From the NCBI GenBank assembly GCA_965263045.1, contig CBDHGK010000005.1, positions 13,377 to 77,376 on the forward strand: DNA of 64,000 bases, given 5' to 3'. The translations under genes and the position numbers were made by a program. Numbering within the stretch: the first letter of the stretch is position 1; each line of letters begins with the position of its first letter. This stretch comes from Terriglobia bacterium (GTDB lineage Bacteria; Acidobacteriota; Terriglobia; 20CM-2-55-15). The notes below the pieces were generated by a model, which was given only the letters and a program-made list of their open reading frames with translations, did no database searches and was not told where the DNA came from. Positions 30,625 to 41,349 of the stretch are shown here, piece by piece.

Positions 30625-31162
30625 ATGAAATGGAGTCACGTTTTTCTATTTGTCCTGGCCGTGGCCGCCTCAACAGCGGTATGTGTGGAGCCCGTTTCCC
30701 TCTGGATCGGAGAATCCTGTCGTCGCGCTGATGGCCCTCGATGCGCCCATGCTTTTGTGGCTGATGCACGGTTGGTATGCCGCCATGCCCGGCGTCATTA
30801 CTTTTATCGGCGGGACGCTCGTTCTGGGTGTGTGGCGGGTCTGGTTCGAGTCCGGTCCACGGAAGAAACAGGGCAAGGGTGAGCTGCCTCCGTGGCCGAT
30901 CGCCGACACGGACGAGAAACCGGCCATCGTCGTCGGGGAGACGCATCACCCGGTCGAGGCGCGGGAGGTTCCCAACCCGGACTGGCTCGTGATCCCGGAA
31001 CGCGGACTCTTTACCGGAGTCGCCATCTTCGGGGCGGTCGGCTCCGGGAAGACCTCGGCTTGCATGCACCCGTTTGCCCGACAACTGCTCGGCTGGCAAG
31101 CGAGGAATCCGAAGCGGCGGGCCGCCGCCCTGATCCTCGAAGTCAAGGGGGATTTCTGCTAC
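30625..31162 (+). pseudogene. Type IV coupling protein (VirD4/TraG-like), 5' part
   Basis: TM segments and Walker A GAVGSGKTS; apparent frameshift near 30680; cut by IS1634 at KGDFCY. Confidence 0.85.
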
Positions 31163-33246
31163 CCCATGTTTACCCATTTGCCGCTTGATCGGGTGCGATT
31201 TTCGCCATTTTGGGCCGAAAACCCCGTAAGTTGTTGATTCCTGGTTGAGGTGACGAATGTAGTGCCATAATCGTTATGTTGGGGTTGAATTCGCTTGCGC
31301 CCCCCGGTATCGTGTTCCCATGTTCGTTCGCCGCACCCAAACCCGCCGCACCGAAAACGGCCAGATCTACTTCTCCCACCGCCTCGTCCGCTCCGAACGC
31401 ATCGGCGCCAAGGTCCGCCAGCGCACCCGGCTCAACCTGGGACGGCACTTCGACATCCCGCAGGCGGACTGGCCCCGGTTGTGCGTCCGGATCGAGGAAC
31501 TGCTTGCCGGACAATACGCCCTCATCCCGGACGATTCGGCCGCCCTGGAGCAGGAAGCCCAACGCATCGCGGCCCTGTTGATCGCCCGCGAAGCCGATCT
31601 CTCCGGCCCCGCCACCGGCGCCGCCCCCGAGACGCGGACCGTGACCGTGGAGGTGGATTCGCTAGAACTGACGCGCCCGCGTTCGGTGGGCGTGGAGCAG
31701 GCCGGCCTGTGGGCGATGGACCGGTTGGGGCTGCGGGAACTGTTCCAACGTCTGGGCATCAACGGCCCCCTGCGCGCCGCCGCGGCGGGATCGATTATCG
31801 GGCGTCTGGCCGCGCCCGCCTCGGAAAGGGCGACGCACCGCTGGCTGCGGGAACGCAGCGGCCTGGGCGAATTGCTGGGGGTCGACTTCGAGACCATGGG
31901 GGCGATGCAACTGTACCGGGCCTCGGACGCCCTGATGGCGCACCGGGACGCCATTGAAACCCACCTGTTCGAGCAGGCGATGAGCCTGTTCGATCTGCGG
32001 CCCACGGTCACCCTCTACGACCTCACCAACAGTTACTTCGAGGGTCAGGCCGAGGAGCAACCCCAGGCGCAGCGGGGACATTCCAAGGACAAGCGCCGGG
32101 ATTGTCCCCTCCTCACCCTGGGGCTCGTGCTCGATGGCAGCGGCTTCGTGCGCCGCTCCCAGGTCTTCGCCGGCAACGTGACCGAGCATCGGACCCTGCC
32201 TCAGATGCTGGAGGCGCTCCAGGCCCCCGGCGACGCCCTGGTGGTGATGGATCGGGGCATCGCCACTCAGGAGCGCGTCGCCTGGTTGCGCGAGGCCGGA
32301 TACCGCTACCTGGTGGTGAGCCGCCAACGCGACCGGCAGTTCGATCCCGAGGCGGCGGTCTCGATCCGGACGGCCTCGGGCGAGGACCTGCATCTGCACA
32401 AGACCGTGGACGAGGATGGCCAGGAAGCCCGCTTGTACTGCTATTCCGAGCAACGGGCCGAGAAGGAACAGGCCATGACCGAGCGCTTTGGGAAGCGTTT
32501 CGAACAGGCTCTGGACCAACTCTCCGAAGGCCTGTCCCGGCCGCGCACTCAGAAACGCCTCGCCCAGGTCTGGCAGCGCATCGGGCGGTTGAAGCAACAG
32601 AGCCGCGGCGCCGCCCAACACTACGACGTCCAGGTCGCCACCGACGACACCGGCGATACCGCGGTCGGGCTGACCTGGACCCGGCGTTCGGTCCCGGGCA
32701 CGATGGCCACCCATCCGGGCGTCTATTGTCTGCGCAGCAGCGAAACCGATTGGGACGAGGAAACGCTCTGGCGCACCTACATCACCCTCACCGATCTGGA
32801 GGCCGTCTTCCGCTCATTGAAATCCGAACTCGGTCTGCGCCCCATCTATCACCGCAAGCCCATTCGCGCCGAGGGTCACCTGTTCGTCACCGTCATCGCC
32901 TACCAACTCGTCCAGGTCATCCGCCGCCGCCTGGCCGCACGCGGGGAACACGCCAGTTGGTCCACCCTGCGCCGGATCCTCGGCGGCCAGCACCGCGTCA
33001 CCGCCACCTTCCGTTGCGCCGACGGCCGCACCCTGCACGTGCGCAAGGCCACCCGCGCCGAACCGCCTCAGCGCGCCATCTATGACGCATTGGACATCCA
33101 CCCCGCGCCCGGAGGGACCCGCAAAACCATCGCCTGATCTCCCCCATATCCCGCTTCTGTGCGCATTTGTAGTGCCACTTGCGCTTTTGAATCATCGTAA
33201 CTGCCTAATATATCAATGCTTTGCAAATCGGCTTGGTAAACATGGG
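31163..33246 (+). mobile_element. IS1634-family element, about 2.08 kb
   Basis: IR CCCATGTTTACC at both ends; (G)CTAC target duplication; excision restores DFCYDIREIL. Confidence 0.95.
31320..33137 (+). CDS. IS1634-family transposase
   Basis: MFVRRTQT, LYDLTNSYFEG, GHSKDKRRD, VVMDRG, LEAVFRSLKSELGLRPIYH. Confidence 0.95.
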   Translation: MFVRRTQTRRTENGQIYFSHRLVRSERIGAKVRQRTRLNLGRHFDIPQADWPRLCVRIEELLAGQYALIPDDSAALEQEAQRIAALLIAREADLSGPATGAAPETRTVTVEVDSLELTRPRSVGVEQAGLWAMDRLGLRELFQRLGINGPLRAAAAGSIIGRLAAPASERATHRWLRERSGLGELLGVDFETMGAMQLYRASDALMAHRDAIETHLFEQAMSLFDLRPTVTLYDLTNSYFEGQAEEQPQAQRGHSKDKRRDCPLLTLGLVLDGSGFVRRSQVFAGNVTEHRTLPQMLEALQAPGDALVVMDRGIATQERVAWLREAGYRYLVVSRQRDRQFDPEAAVSIRTASGEDLHLHKTVDEDGQEARLYCYSEQRAEKEQAMTERFGKRFEQALDQLSEGLSRPRTQKRLAQVWQRIGRLKQQSRGAAQHYDVQVATDDTGDTAVGLTWTRRSVPGTMATHPGVYCLRSSETDWDEETLWRTYITLTDLEAVFRSLKSELGLRPIYHRKPIRAEGHLFVTVIAYQLVQVIRRRLAARGEHASWSTLRRILGGQHRVTATFRCADGRTLHVRKATRAEPPQRAIYDALDIHPAPGGTRKTIA

Positions 33247-33250
33247 CTAC

Positions 33251-34732
33251 GACATCCGGGAGATTCTGAAAAAGGCCGGCCGGGAAGACGATTACATGGA
33301 ACTGAGCATGGACGGGAAATGGCAGTGGAACCCCCTGGCCGCGCACTGGCTCGATGCCTACTCCCTGGCCTATACCGTTTCCTCTCTCCTGAATCAGTTG
33401 TTCGGGAAGGGGAAAGATCCGTTCTGGCAACAGGCCTACACGAATCTGGTGAAGTGGATTATCGAGCTGTACCGGATCTTTCCCGGCCGCTGGGTGACCC
33501 TCCGGGATGTCTACCAGTGCGCGATCAACCCCGACCTGTTCAAGGAAAAAATCGATGAGGCCGGGGTTGTTGTCTACGTCCAGTTGCATGGGGAGATCGT
33601 GATTTCAGATAAGGATTGGAAGGCACACAAGGACGCGCTGCTCGCCTTTGGAAGCTGGAATGAACTTGAAGATGGGGAGTGTAAAGCCATCAAGACCCCC
33701 GCGTTGGAAGAATGGGTGCAAACGGAGGGAATCCCATACCGCATCACAGTGCCCAAGAGTCATACCAAACCGAAACGTTTGCTCGCGCGCTGGCAAAGTG
33801 TAAAGACCTGGTACGACCACGACTGGATGAAGCTGGACCCGAAACTGCGGACTTCGTGTGTCGAGGGGATTTCCAGTTTCCTGTCCCTGTTCGACATGGA
33901 GGACGTCGCTGATATTTTCTGTCCCCAGGCACCGCCGGTAGAGGACGCGGCCGAGCGACCCCAATGGGAGCCGAGAGAAGAAGGCGGAATCTGGAAGCAT
34001 CTGCCACCCCTGGACGAGCTGATCGAGAGCGGAAAAGTCCTCGCGCTCAACATGCCCGCCGGCTCGAATCCGGCCCTGGCCCGCGCCGTAGGCGTGTTCC
34101 TCAAAAACGCCTGGCTCCAGACCCTGCTCCGGCGGCCGGCACAGATGAAAGCGGACACGAAGCGTTACTTCCGGCCCGCCGTTTTTATCTGTGACGAGTA
34201 CCAGTCCTTCGCATCAGTCGGCGAGGACGACCCCTCGGGAGACGAGAAGGCGTTTGCCCTCACCCGGCAGTGCCGCGTCATCCCCATCGTCGCCACCCAG
34301 TCCATATCCTCGCTCCGATCCGTCCTGGGCACCTCCGAGGCTTGGCGCGCGTTGCTTCAGACGCTCCGCACCCGAATCTTCCTCTCCCTCAGCGACGACG
34401 CCAGCGCCGAGCTCGCCTCGAAACTGTGCGGGCAAGTTGCCAAGATCAAGCCGAGCTGGACCGTCACCGAATCGACGCGGCAAGCCGAAGTGTCGCTCCT
34501 GTCCGGCAAGGCCGGGGGCGGCCAGGGCTCGGTCGGAACCAGCAAGTCATTTCGGGAACAATGGGAGGCTTTATTTCAGCCCAGGGAGTTTGCCCTGCTT
34601 CCCAATTGCCAGGCGATTTGCCTGCCTTATGACGGCACCCACGCCACAAGTGCAGTCCGCGTCTATCTCAAGCCGTACTACCTTCCAGAGACGCAGCCCT
34701 ACTGGCGCGCCGTCGAGGCGGGGAAGATATGA
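33251..34732 (+). pseudogene. Type IV coupling protein, 3' part (TraD/TraG C-domain)
   Basis: WNPL, FWQQA, ICDEYQSF Walker B, ATQSISSL. Confidence 0.9.
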
Positions 34733-35724
34733 GCGCGGCAGATAGGGAGGGACGCGGCATGGACTACCTGCGCCCGTTTTTGCCGGGGCTGGAATCGGTT
34801 CTCGAAGATGAGGATGTCAGCGAGATCATGATCAACGGACCGGGCAACGTCTGGGTTGAAAGCCGGGGGAAAATCCGGGAGCATCCTGCCCCCGGCCTCG
34901 ATCGAGCGGCGCTGGATCGGGCGGCCATTCAGATCGCCCGGCCTCTCGGCCTCGATCCGGCTACCGCGCCTATTCTCGATGCCCGGCTGGACGACGGCTC
35001 CCGCGTGGCGATCTGTGTGCCCCCGGCCGCGCCGCACGTCGCCATCACCATCCGGCGCTTCGGCAAGCGGAGCTACTCGCCCGAGGATCTTGTGCGCTTC
35101 GGCTCACTGCCCCAAGAAGTCCTGGACGAGGCGCAGGCCGCGCTGCTGGGGCGGCGAAATATCCTGGTGTCAGGCGGGACCGGCTCGGGTAAGACCACGC
35201 TGCTCAATGCCCTGGTCGAGCTGCTCCCCGCCGACGACCGCATTGTTTCCATCGAGGACACCCTGGAACTCCGCATCGACCGGAAAAACTGTGTCCGCTT
35301 CGAGGCGCGGGGGATCGACAGTAAATCGGTGACGATCCGCGACCTCGTGCGCCATGCCTTGCGCCATCGCCCCGATCACATCGTGGTGGGCGAAGTCCGG
35401 GGCGGCGAGGCCGCCGATCTGCTGCAGGCGCTCAACACCGGGCACGGCGGATCCCTGACCACGATCCACGCCAACAACGCCGAGTCGGCCCTGTCGCGCC
35501 TCGCGACTTGCGCCATGCAGGGCGAGACTGACTTGCCCTGGGAAGTCACCTGTAGGGGCGTCGTGGACGGGATCTCCATGGTGATTCACATGACGCGGCG
35601 CGAGGGGAGGCGGTACGTCGAAGAAGCCCTCCACGTGGGCGATTACGACGCCGCAAAGCGGCGCTGGCACTACAGGCCCGTGGCGTTCGCCGACCCCCAG
35701 CTCAAACTGGCCGAGGTGCGGTGA
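34729..35724 (+). CDS. virB11: VirB11/TrbB/CpaF-family secretion ATPase
   Basis: [46 protein letters not shown]. Confidence 0.9.
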   Translation: MSAADREGRGMDYLRPFLPGLESVLEDEDVSEIMINGPGNVWVESRGKIREHPAPGLDRAALDRAAIQIARPLGLDPATAPILDARLDDGSRVAICVPPAAPHVAITIRRFGKRSYSPEDLVRFGSLPQEVLDEAQAALLGRRNILVSGGTGSGKTTLLNALVELLPADDRIVSIEDTLELRIDRKNCVRFEARGIDSKSVTIRDLVRHALRHRPDHIVVGEVRGGEAADLLQALNTGHGGSLTTIHANNAESALSRLATCAMQGETDLPWEVTCRGVVDGISMVIHMTRREGRRYVEEALHVGDYDAAKRRWHYRPVAFADPQLKLAEVR

Positions 35725-35882
35725 TGCCCGACAACGCTGCCAGGACGATGAGGCAGGGGCGAGCCTGGATTGTCCGGGCGATCCTTCTACTGGTTCGTGG
35801 ATACAGCGCGGAAAAGAATCTCTGGTTAACGGCCCCGATCTGGCCGGTAAAACATGATAAGGATATGGAGGCTTGATAGCAC

Positions 35883-36809
35883 ATGAACGATAAATCAAAA
35901 CCTGCACTCTCTCAGGTGACACCACAAGCGCGCCACCACTTCACTCTCTTCGACCAGGTTGATCAGCTTGTAGGGGCCAGCGAAGCGGACGCCGAACTGG
36001 GCTTCATGACGCGGCTGCTGGCACTGTGTAGCTTGCCCCGTATTCACGCGAGCAACCAGACTTACTACAAACGGGTCAACGGGCCATACCGGCTCTACAT
36101 ACAGGCTGGTCCGGAAACAAAACTACCATTCGGCAACATTCCCCGCCTGCTACTGGCCTGGGTATGCACGGAAGCGGTACGGACCCAAAGCCGTGTCTTG
36201 ATCCTAGGCTCCTCGCTTTCGGAGTTCATGCGCAAGATGGGTATGGCTCCCGTCGGCGGTGGTCCTACAGGTGCTCGAACGAGGATCCGCAACCAGATGG
36301 ACCGGTTGTTCAACTCGCACATCGCACTAATCTACGAGGACGAACACGGAAAGGCCACAGTGAACTCGCCAATCGCCGACCGAACTGAACTTTGGTGGAA
36401 CCCCAAGCGCCCCAACGCACCGACGCTGTGGGAGAGTAAAATCGAACTCGGCGAGAAGTTCTTTGAAGAGATCATCAACCACCCGGTGCCTCTGGACATG
36501 AACATTCTCAATGCGCTTAAACGTTCGTCGCTCGGCCTGGATCTCTACATGTGGCTCACCTACCGGACCTTCGCGCTGGCCCACCCCCTCCACCTAACCT
36601 GGCCCCAGCTTTATCGCCAGTTCGGAGCTAACCCTACGCAGGCTACGGACAAAATTACTGTTCAAAACTTCCGGCGCAAGGTTCTCCGTGAGTTGAAGAA
36701 GATCAAGGTGGCATGGCCGGGATTCAAATACTCGACCGGGAAGGGCGTGTTGATTCTCTCGCCCTCCAAGCCATCCATCGCCCCCACAGGGCTTCAGCTT
36801 GTGAAATAG
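35883..36809 (+). CDS. repA: Plasmid replication initiator RepA (RepA_C-type family)
   Basis: LCSLPR, VNGPYRL, LPFGNIPRLLLAWVCTEAV, HPVPLD, LDLYMWLTYR. Confidence 0.9.
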   Translation: MNDKSKPALSQVTPQARHHFTLFDQVDQLVGASEADAELGFMTRLLALCSLPRIHASNQTYYKRVNGPYRLYIQAGPETKLPFGNIPRLLLAWVCTEAVRTQSRVLILGSSLSEFMRKMGMAPVGGGPTGARTRIRNQMDRLFNSHIALIYEDEHGKATVNSPIADRTELWWNPKRPNAPTLWESKIELGEKFFEEIINHPVPLDMNILNALKRSSLGLDLYMWLTYRTFALAHPLHLTWPQLYRQFGANPTQATDKITVQNFRRKVLRELKKIKVAWPGFKYSTGKGVLILSPSKPSIAPTGLQLVK

Positions 36810-36964
36810 GCAGGCCGATCTTCCCTTTCCCTGATCTCTAGACGCCTCCGTCCGCGTGAACGATTTTGCGTGGTAGGTGGGCCATCGAAGCTCTGCGAGG
36901 AATTCTGTGGGCTTAAGAGGCAATACGAATCCACAGTAAGCCTTTGTGTTTTAGCGTTTTGCAG

Positions 36965-37140
36965 GAATAAACGGGACACCTTAAAACTTGGCTTCTCTTG
37001 AATAAACGGGACACTTGCACCGTAATTCTCTTGAATAAACGGGACACCCTACATGTATTAAGAACAAATAGAAGATTAGGACATGTATTAGGCAAGGCGG
37101 GGGTTGTGAAAAAAAACAAGAAACAAGAAAATTATAAGAA
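36965..37140. promoter_or_regulatory. Putative iteron replication origin
   Basis: Three GAATAAACGGGACAC at 36965, 37000 and 37033, then two ACATGTATTA and an A-rich tract, directly downstream of repA. Confidence 0.75.
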
Positions 37141-37197
37141 AGTACTTTCGGCAAGTAGCGTCGGATTCCTTCGCTCCTAAATTGGGAACTAATATAC

Positions 37198-37226
37198 TTG
37201 ACATACCAGGTCGCCTAGCCTAGTAT
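37198..37226 (+). promoter_or_regulatory. Sigma70-like promoter using the IR -35 box
   Basis: TTGACA-17 bp-TAGTAT pointing at the passenger gene. Confidence 0.55.
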
Positions 37227-37232
37227 CCATCC

Positions 37233-38093
37233 TTGGATGCCCGCTTCAGTGAGCGCGGCTTTTCCCATACTCAAGTGCAATACCTAGACGGAATGCGGCT
37301 AAAGCGTCGCCGGACATGGAACCAGATCGACACACTCAAGGCAAAATTTACAGCCTTCATCGAGAGTGACCCTTACGTACCACGGGTCCATTTTGACAGA
37401 CAACCGCAACAACTCATCATGAGGGCCGAAATCAGACGCGAGGCCGATCCAATGTGGGGCGTCGACATCGGCGAGATCATCCACAACCTTCGATCTTGTC
37501 TCGATCACCTCACCCACGAGTTGTTCATTCGGCGTAATGGAGAGCCGCCGCCAATCGGATCCAAGATTCAATTCCCAATCTTCAAATTTATCCAGGGATT
37601 TGACGGGCGTGGAGTGCAGTTTCTGGATAAGATCAGTCCCGCTGCGATCGCCATGATCCGAGCCGAACAACCGTTCACGTCGGATCATGGCGGCACAGGG
37701 GAGGGCATTCAAAGCCCGCTCTGGCTTCTCCGCGAACTCTCGAATACCGACAAGCACCGCACCATCCAACTCACAGGGGCCATGGTCCAAGAATTCAGGT
37801 TCTCGTTCCCACCAGCTCTTCACACATTCAGACACAAGATTCTTGAACGTGCCGAAGTCGGGCCAATACAAAAGAACGCGAAACTTTGCCATGTCATGTT
37901 GGATGGAGCCGAGGAATGGCCCTTCTCCGAGGGTGACATCAATGGCACACTCGCCATTGATGTAGTTTTCCAAAATGGGAGTCCAGAACCGTTGTCCGCG
38001 CAGCCCGTTTTCTCGACACTCGTAGACATTGCGGACCGAACGGACCGAGTCCTGCGGAAATTTTTTGAGGGTATCTGGGACGCCGAATTGTGA
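37233..38093 (+). CDS. IS passenger protein, possibly HEPN-like
   Basis: GEIIHNLRSCLDHL and LRELSNTDKHR motifs; start TTG at 37233 or a later ATG. Confidence 0.7.
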   Translation: MDARFSERGFSHTQVQYLDGMRLKRRRTWNQIDTLKAKFTAFIESDPYVPRVHFDRQPQQLIMRAEIRREADPMWGVDIGEIIHNLRSCLDHLTHELFIRRNGEPPPIGSKIQFPIFKFIQGFDGRGVQFLDKISPAAIAMIRAEQPFTSDHGGTGEGIQSPLWLLRELSNTDKHRTIQLTGAMVQEFRFSFPPALHTFRHKILERAEVGPIQKNAKLCHVMLDGAEEWPFSEGDINGTLAIDVVFQNGSPEPLSAQPVFSTLVDIADRTDRVLRKFFEGIWDAEL

Positions 38094-38149
38094 GTTAGGC
38101 ATTGTCGCAATCCTCCTGGCAATAGTGGTAGACTCTCAATGTGAGAGAG

Positions 38150-38335
38150 ATGGACGCACCACCACAGAGAAGGAAAGCGAAGGCGGGGGGCAACCGCCCA
38201 GCTTCCAAAGGTGGGAGTAAGAAACTGGAAATGGTCGAAGGGTCCGAAGCGTTCAGTCGATTCCGCTCTGCAATGAAAGCTATCGTCAGGGGATGCGGCG
38301 TTTCCCGCGACCCTGCCTCTCGGACTCCTTCTTAG
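38150..38335 (+). CDS. Small basic IS passenger ORF, 61 aa
   Basis: EMVEGSEAFSRFRSAMKAIV; convergent with and overlapping the transposase stop. Confidence 0.45.
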   Translation: MDAPPQRRKAKAGGNRPASKGGSKKLEMVEGSEAFSRFRSAMKAIVRGCGVSRDPASRTPS

Positions 38336-39288
38336 CTAACTGACGCCTGACTAGGCAACCTCCCCGCAAGCTCGTCATAGGTCAACCGCCGACCAACCGC
38401 CCGCATCATAGCGAGAGAGAACCGCTCGAAATCTCCACCCTCAGCCTCACGGTTGTTGAACCGGAACGACTGCTCATCGAGATAGCGGAAAAGGTGGAAC
38501 GGTTCGACTGAGATGTACGTTCCGTTGAGGCCGCGTTTCAGTAGCGACCAGTAGTTCTCCATTCCGTTCGTGTGTACGTTTCCGTTGACGTACTCGACCG
38601 CATGGTTGATGACCTGATGGGCGAAGTCGGTAGCCAGCCCGTGATAGGACAGCAGCTCGTCGGAAAAGAGCGCGGCCCCCGCTTTGACGTGCTCGCGGAT
38701 TTGGGGTTGGATCGACCGCTTGCGCCGATCCTCAATCACGGTGGTCCGCACTCTCCCGTCACGTTCGAGCATCCCGAGTACGGCTGTCTTGTCCTTGCCG
38801 CCAGTGCCGGTGATCCGGCGCTCCCGCTTCGACGTGTGCATGTTCCGGGCCTTGCCGCCGATGAACGTCTCGTCCACTTCGACTTCGCCGCCAAGCTTCG
38901 TGAACGACCCGTCCTGCATGGCCTTCCTGATCCGATGATTCATGAACCACGCGGACTTCTGCGTTACGCCAAGGTGCCTACCCATCTCGTAAGACGAAAT
39001 CCCGTTCTTGCAGTTCACAACCAGCCAGACAGCGGTGATCCACTTGTCCAGGGCAATCGGGGAATCTTCAAAGATGGTGCCTGTCTTCAGCGAGAAGGTA
39101 GGCTGCTTGTGCTTCGCGTAGCACTTCCATACCCGAGCCTTGGCCAGCCACGTGACGCGATCACCGCCACACCGAGGGCACGTGACCGCACCATCGGTCC
39201 AGCGCAGTTCAATCATGAACTCGCGGCAGCGTTCGAAGTCGGAGAAGTATCGAACGGCCTCAATTAATGTCTTGGGATACTCCATCAT
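38332..39288 (-). CDS. IS1595-family transposase
   Basis: CPRCG zinc finger, VEVDETFIGG, VINH..Y, HTNGMENYWSLLKR, YLDEQSFRFN. Confidence 0.95.
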   Translation of the reverse strand: MMEYPKTLIEAVRYFSDFERCREFMIELRWTDGAVTCPRCGGDRVTWLAKARVWKCYAKHKQPTFSLKTGTIFEDSPIALDKWITAVWLVVNCKNGISSYEMGRHLGVTQKSAWFMNHRIRKAMQDGSFTKLGGEVEVDETFIGGKARNMHTSKRERRITGTGGKDKTAVLGMLERDGRVRTTVIEDRRKRSIQPQIREHVKAGAALFSDELLSYHGLATDFAHQVINHAVEYVNGNVHTNGMENYWSLLKRGLNGTYISVEPFHLFRYLDEQSFRFNNREAEGGDFERFSLAMMRAVGRRLTYDELAGRLPSQASVS

Positions 39289-39579
39289 GAGAGTTATAAC
39301 ATCGTGCCCCCGCTGGTATGTCAAGTATATTATTGCCCTAAATTGAACAGTGCAGCACAATTGTGTGGCCAGTCCCCGGCCGGATCCTCCGGAAACAGTC
39401 GCGCCGGACCGCGGTCCTTGCCCTGGGCGTCCGTCACTCTTTTTTGTAGGGGATGGGACCTCCATTCTGTTTCCGGTGGCGGCTTCGCCATTCCTTCCGC
39501 GTCCGGGCTCAGAGGTTGCCGCCTATCCTGAGCGAGCGGCAACGCCCCAGACCCTATAACTCTCAGGAAGAAAAACATT

Positions 39580-40134
39580 ATGGCGAACTCGAAATCCGTC
39601 CCTAAAATCCGCATCGGCTCCCTCAAGGCTGCCATCTCGCCCAACGACACCGAAGGTCGCATCCGCTACACCATCACCTTCTCCCACATCTACAAGGACG
39701 GTGAGCAGTGGAAGACGACACAGACCTTCGATCGCAACGACCTGTTGATCCTGGCGAAAGTGGCCGATCAGGCGCACACGCGGATCTTCAAACTTCAGCA
39801 GGGTAGCGGTGCCCACGAGGAGGAACAAGCGCCGAAAAGCGGCGGCCTGGGCCGCCGCTTTCCATCAATAACGGGCGGGCCAAACCGTGACGCTCACACA
39901 ATCAAAATCCGGGCCATCGATCAGAAACAACACTGCGCTACTCACCACCTGGAACACCCAAGGATGGGGCGCCCACTTTTGCTGGGTCTACAGCGGCACA
40001 CGATGCCATTCAGTGCCCTGCCGTCCTCTGTGCCATCCCGATCCGGTCATCGAATCCACAGTCTAGAAAAACGGTTTTCCGATCCGGGGCCACACCGAAG
40101 CTTCGCCGTTGCCATAGGTACAGAAGAATCCTGA
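39580..40134 (+). CDS. Small ssDNA-binding-like protein, copy 1 (conserved part ends near 39810; stop apparently lost)
   Basis: First 75 aa align with 41038-41301 (IRIGSLKAAI..ITFSHIYKDGEQWKTTQTF..LAKVADQAH); the ORF reads through a hairpin. Confidence 0.6.
   Translation: MANSKSVPKIRIGSLKAAISPNDTEGRIRYTITFSHIYKDGEQWKTTQTFDRNDLLILAKVADQAHTRIFKLQQGSGAHEEEQAPKSGGLGRRFPSITGGPNRDAHTIKIRAIDQKQHCATHHLEHPRMGRPLLLGLQRHTMPFSALPSSVPSRSGHRIHSLEKRFSDPGPHRSFAVAIGTEES
39836..39861 (+). terminator. Probable intrinsic terminator
   Basis: AAAGCGGCGGC-CTGG-GCCGCCGCTTT, perfect 11-bp stem. Confidence 0.6.
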
Positions 40135-40214
40135 AACTTTTCCGGAGTCTTTCCTTATTCCAGGATCGCCTGCCTTATGCGTCGGCCGAGGGGGTGTAGC
40201 CAGCTTGCAGAAGT

Positions 40215-40502
40215 TTATCTTGGGACTAATCCGAACAGTTCCCGGTCTTCCGGCTTCGACAGGAAACCATTGAGATCTTGCAGGATGGCCTCTTTCGCTT
40301 CAGGGTCAGAACTGAATTTCTGCATCATGCAGTGACCTAGAAGTGCCGCTCGCCGTTCATTCAGTTTCCGCTGTTCCTCCCGGATCTCTTTCTTGACGGC
40401 AGAGACTCTTTTCTTGAGCGCATCCCGCTCGTTTCTTTGCTGCTCGAGCAGCTTCTTTTCCTCCGCCACAAGTTCGGCGAGTTGCTTATCGGTATTCGAC
40501 AT
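40215..40502 (-). CDS. MobC/MobS-like mobilisation accessory protein
   Basis: Coiled coil followed by RKLNERRAALLG..LNGFLSKPEDRELFGL, matching the family pattern. Confidence 0.7.
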   Translation of the reverse strand: MSNTDKQLAELVAEEKKLLEQQRNERDALKKRVSAVKKEIREEQRKLNERRAALLGHCMMQKFSSDPEAKEAILQDLNGFLSKPEDRELFGLVPR

Positions 40503-41037
40503 TTCTTCTCCTTGGATTTGTTCCAGGACCGGAGGGCGGAATCACTATCCTCCAGCCTTGATTGACTGCCGCTTCCCTTCTCTTAATCAGCCTATCCCCA
40601 TCATCCCCCATTTTGGATTCGGACTAATGACCGGTTGTCCAGAAGCTTCATTCCGGCCCGCCCAGCAGCCAAAGAATCCGCCGTTACATCGGCACCTGCC
40701 CAAGACTCTTTTCCAGTGGTGGTGCCGGGAAGCGGCAGGTGAGATCCCCCTGGGTTTCCTGTTGTCCGCTCTGACTGACTGGTCCCCGATCCACCGCGCC
40801 GAATGTTGTCTCGCCATTTTCCCGTAGCAGGGGCTTCTCTGGTGGGGACCGGCGCAGGGGCCGCGGCCAGACCGCGGAGCTCGCCCCGGGGGCGTCTGTC
40901 ACGGCCCCTGCTCTTTGGCCGGTGATTCCCCGCCATCTCGCACCGGCGACGGATTCCCCTGGATGAGTTAGTCCGGTGCCGCCTGTCGAGGGTGAGCGAC
41001 ACACGCTCCAAACCCTTAAACCAGGAGGATTCAATCA

Positions 41038-41301
41038 ATGGCTAGCAACTCAAAACCCGCAGCGGAACTCAGGATCGGAACCGTCAAGGCAACCGTTTGG
41101 GAAAACGAGGTCGGCGGCATCACCCGGCACAACGTCACCTTTTCGCGGATCTACCCCGACGGGGGCCAGTGGAAGACCACTCAGAGCTTCCGTTTCAGCA
41201 ACCTGTTCTCCGTTGCCAAGCTCGCCGACCAGGCACACACGCTCATTGCAGAACGCAAAGCCGAGGCGGCCAGTGCGGCTGGCGATGACGCAGCTGCGTA
41301 A
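41038..41301 (+). CDS. Small ssDNA-binding-like protein, copy 2
   Basis: AGGAGG RBS; LRIGTVKATVWEN..HNVTFSRIYPDGGQWKTTQSF..AKLADQAH. Confidence 0.75.
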   Translation: MASNSKPAAELRIGTVKATVWENEVGGITRHNVTFSRIYPDGGQWKTTQSFRFSNLFSVAKLADQAHTLIAERKAEAASAAGDDAAA

Positions 41302-41317
41302 CACGGCCGCACCTTCC

Positions 41318-41349
41318 GGCGGCGGGTTCACCCCCGGCGCCTTTTTTTC
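41318..41349 (+). terminator. Possible intrinsic terminator
   Basis: Imperfect GC hairpin followed by a T run. Confidence 0.45.

Larger units (their letters stand above)
37185..39337 (-). mobile_element. IS1595-family element with passenger genes, 2153 bp
   Basis: IR GG(A/C)A(C/A)TAATATACTTGACATACCAG at both ends; perfect 8-bp target duplication CTAAATTG at 37177-37184 and 39338-39345. Confidence 0.95.

Noticed and set aside
31662-32714. 350-aa minus-strand ORF and other long ORFs over IS1634
   Set aside because: High-GC antisense or alternate-frame shadows of the transposase.
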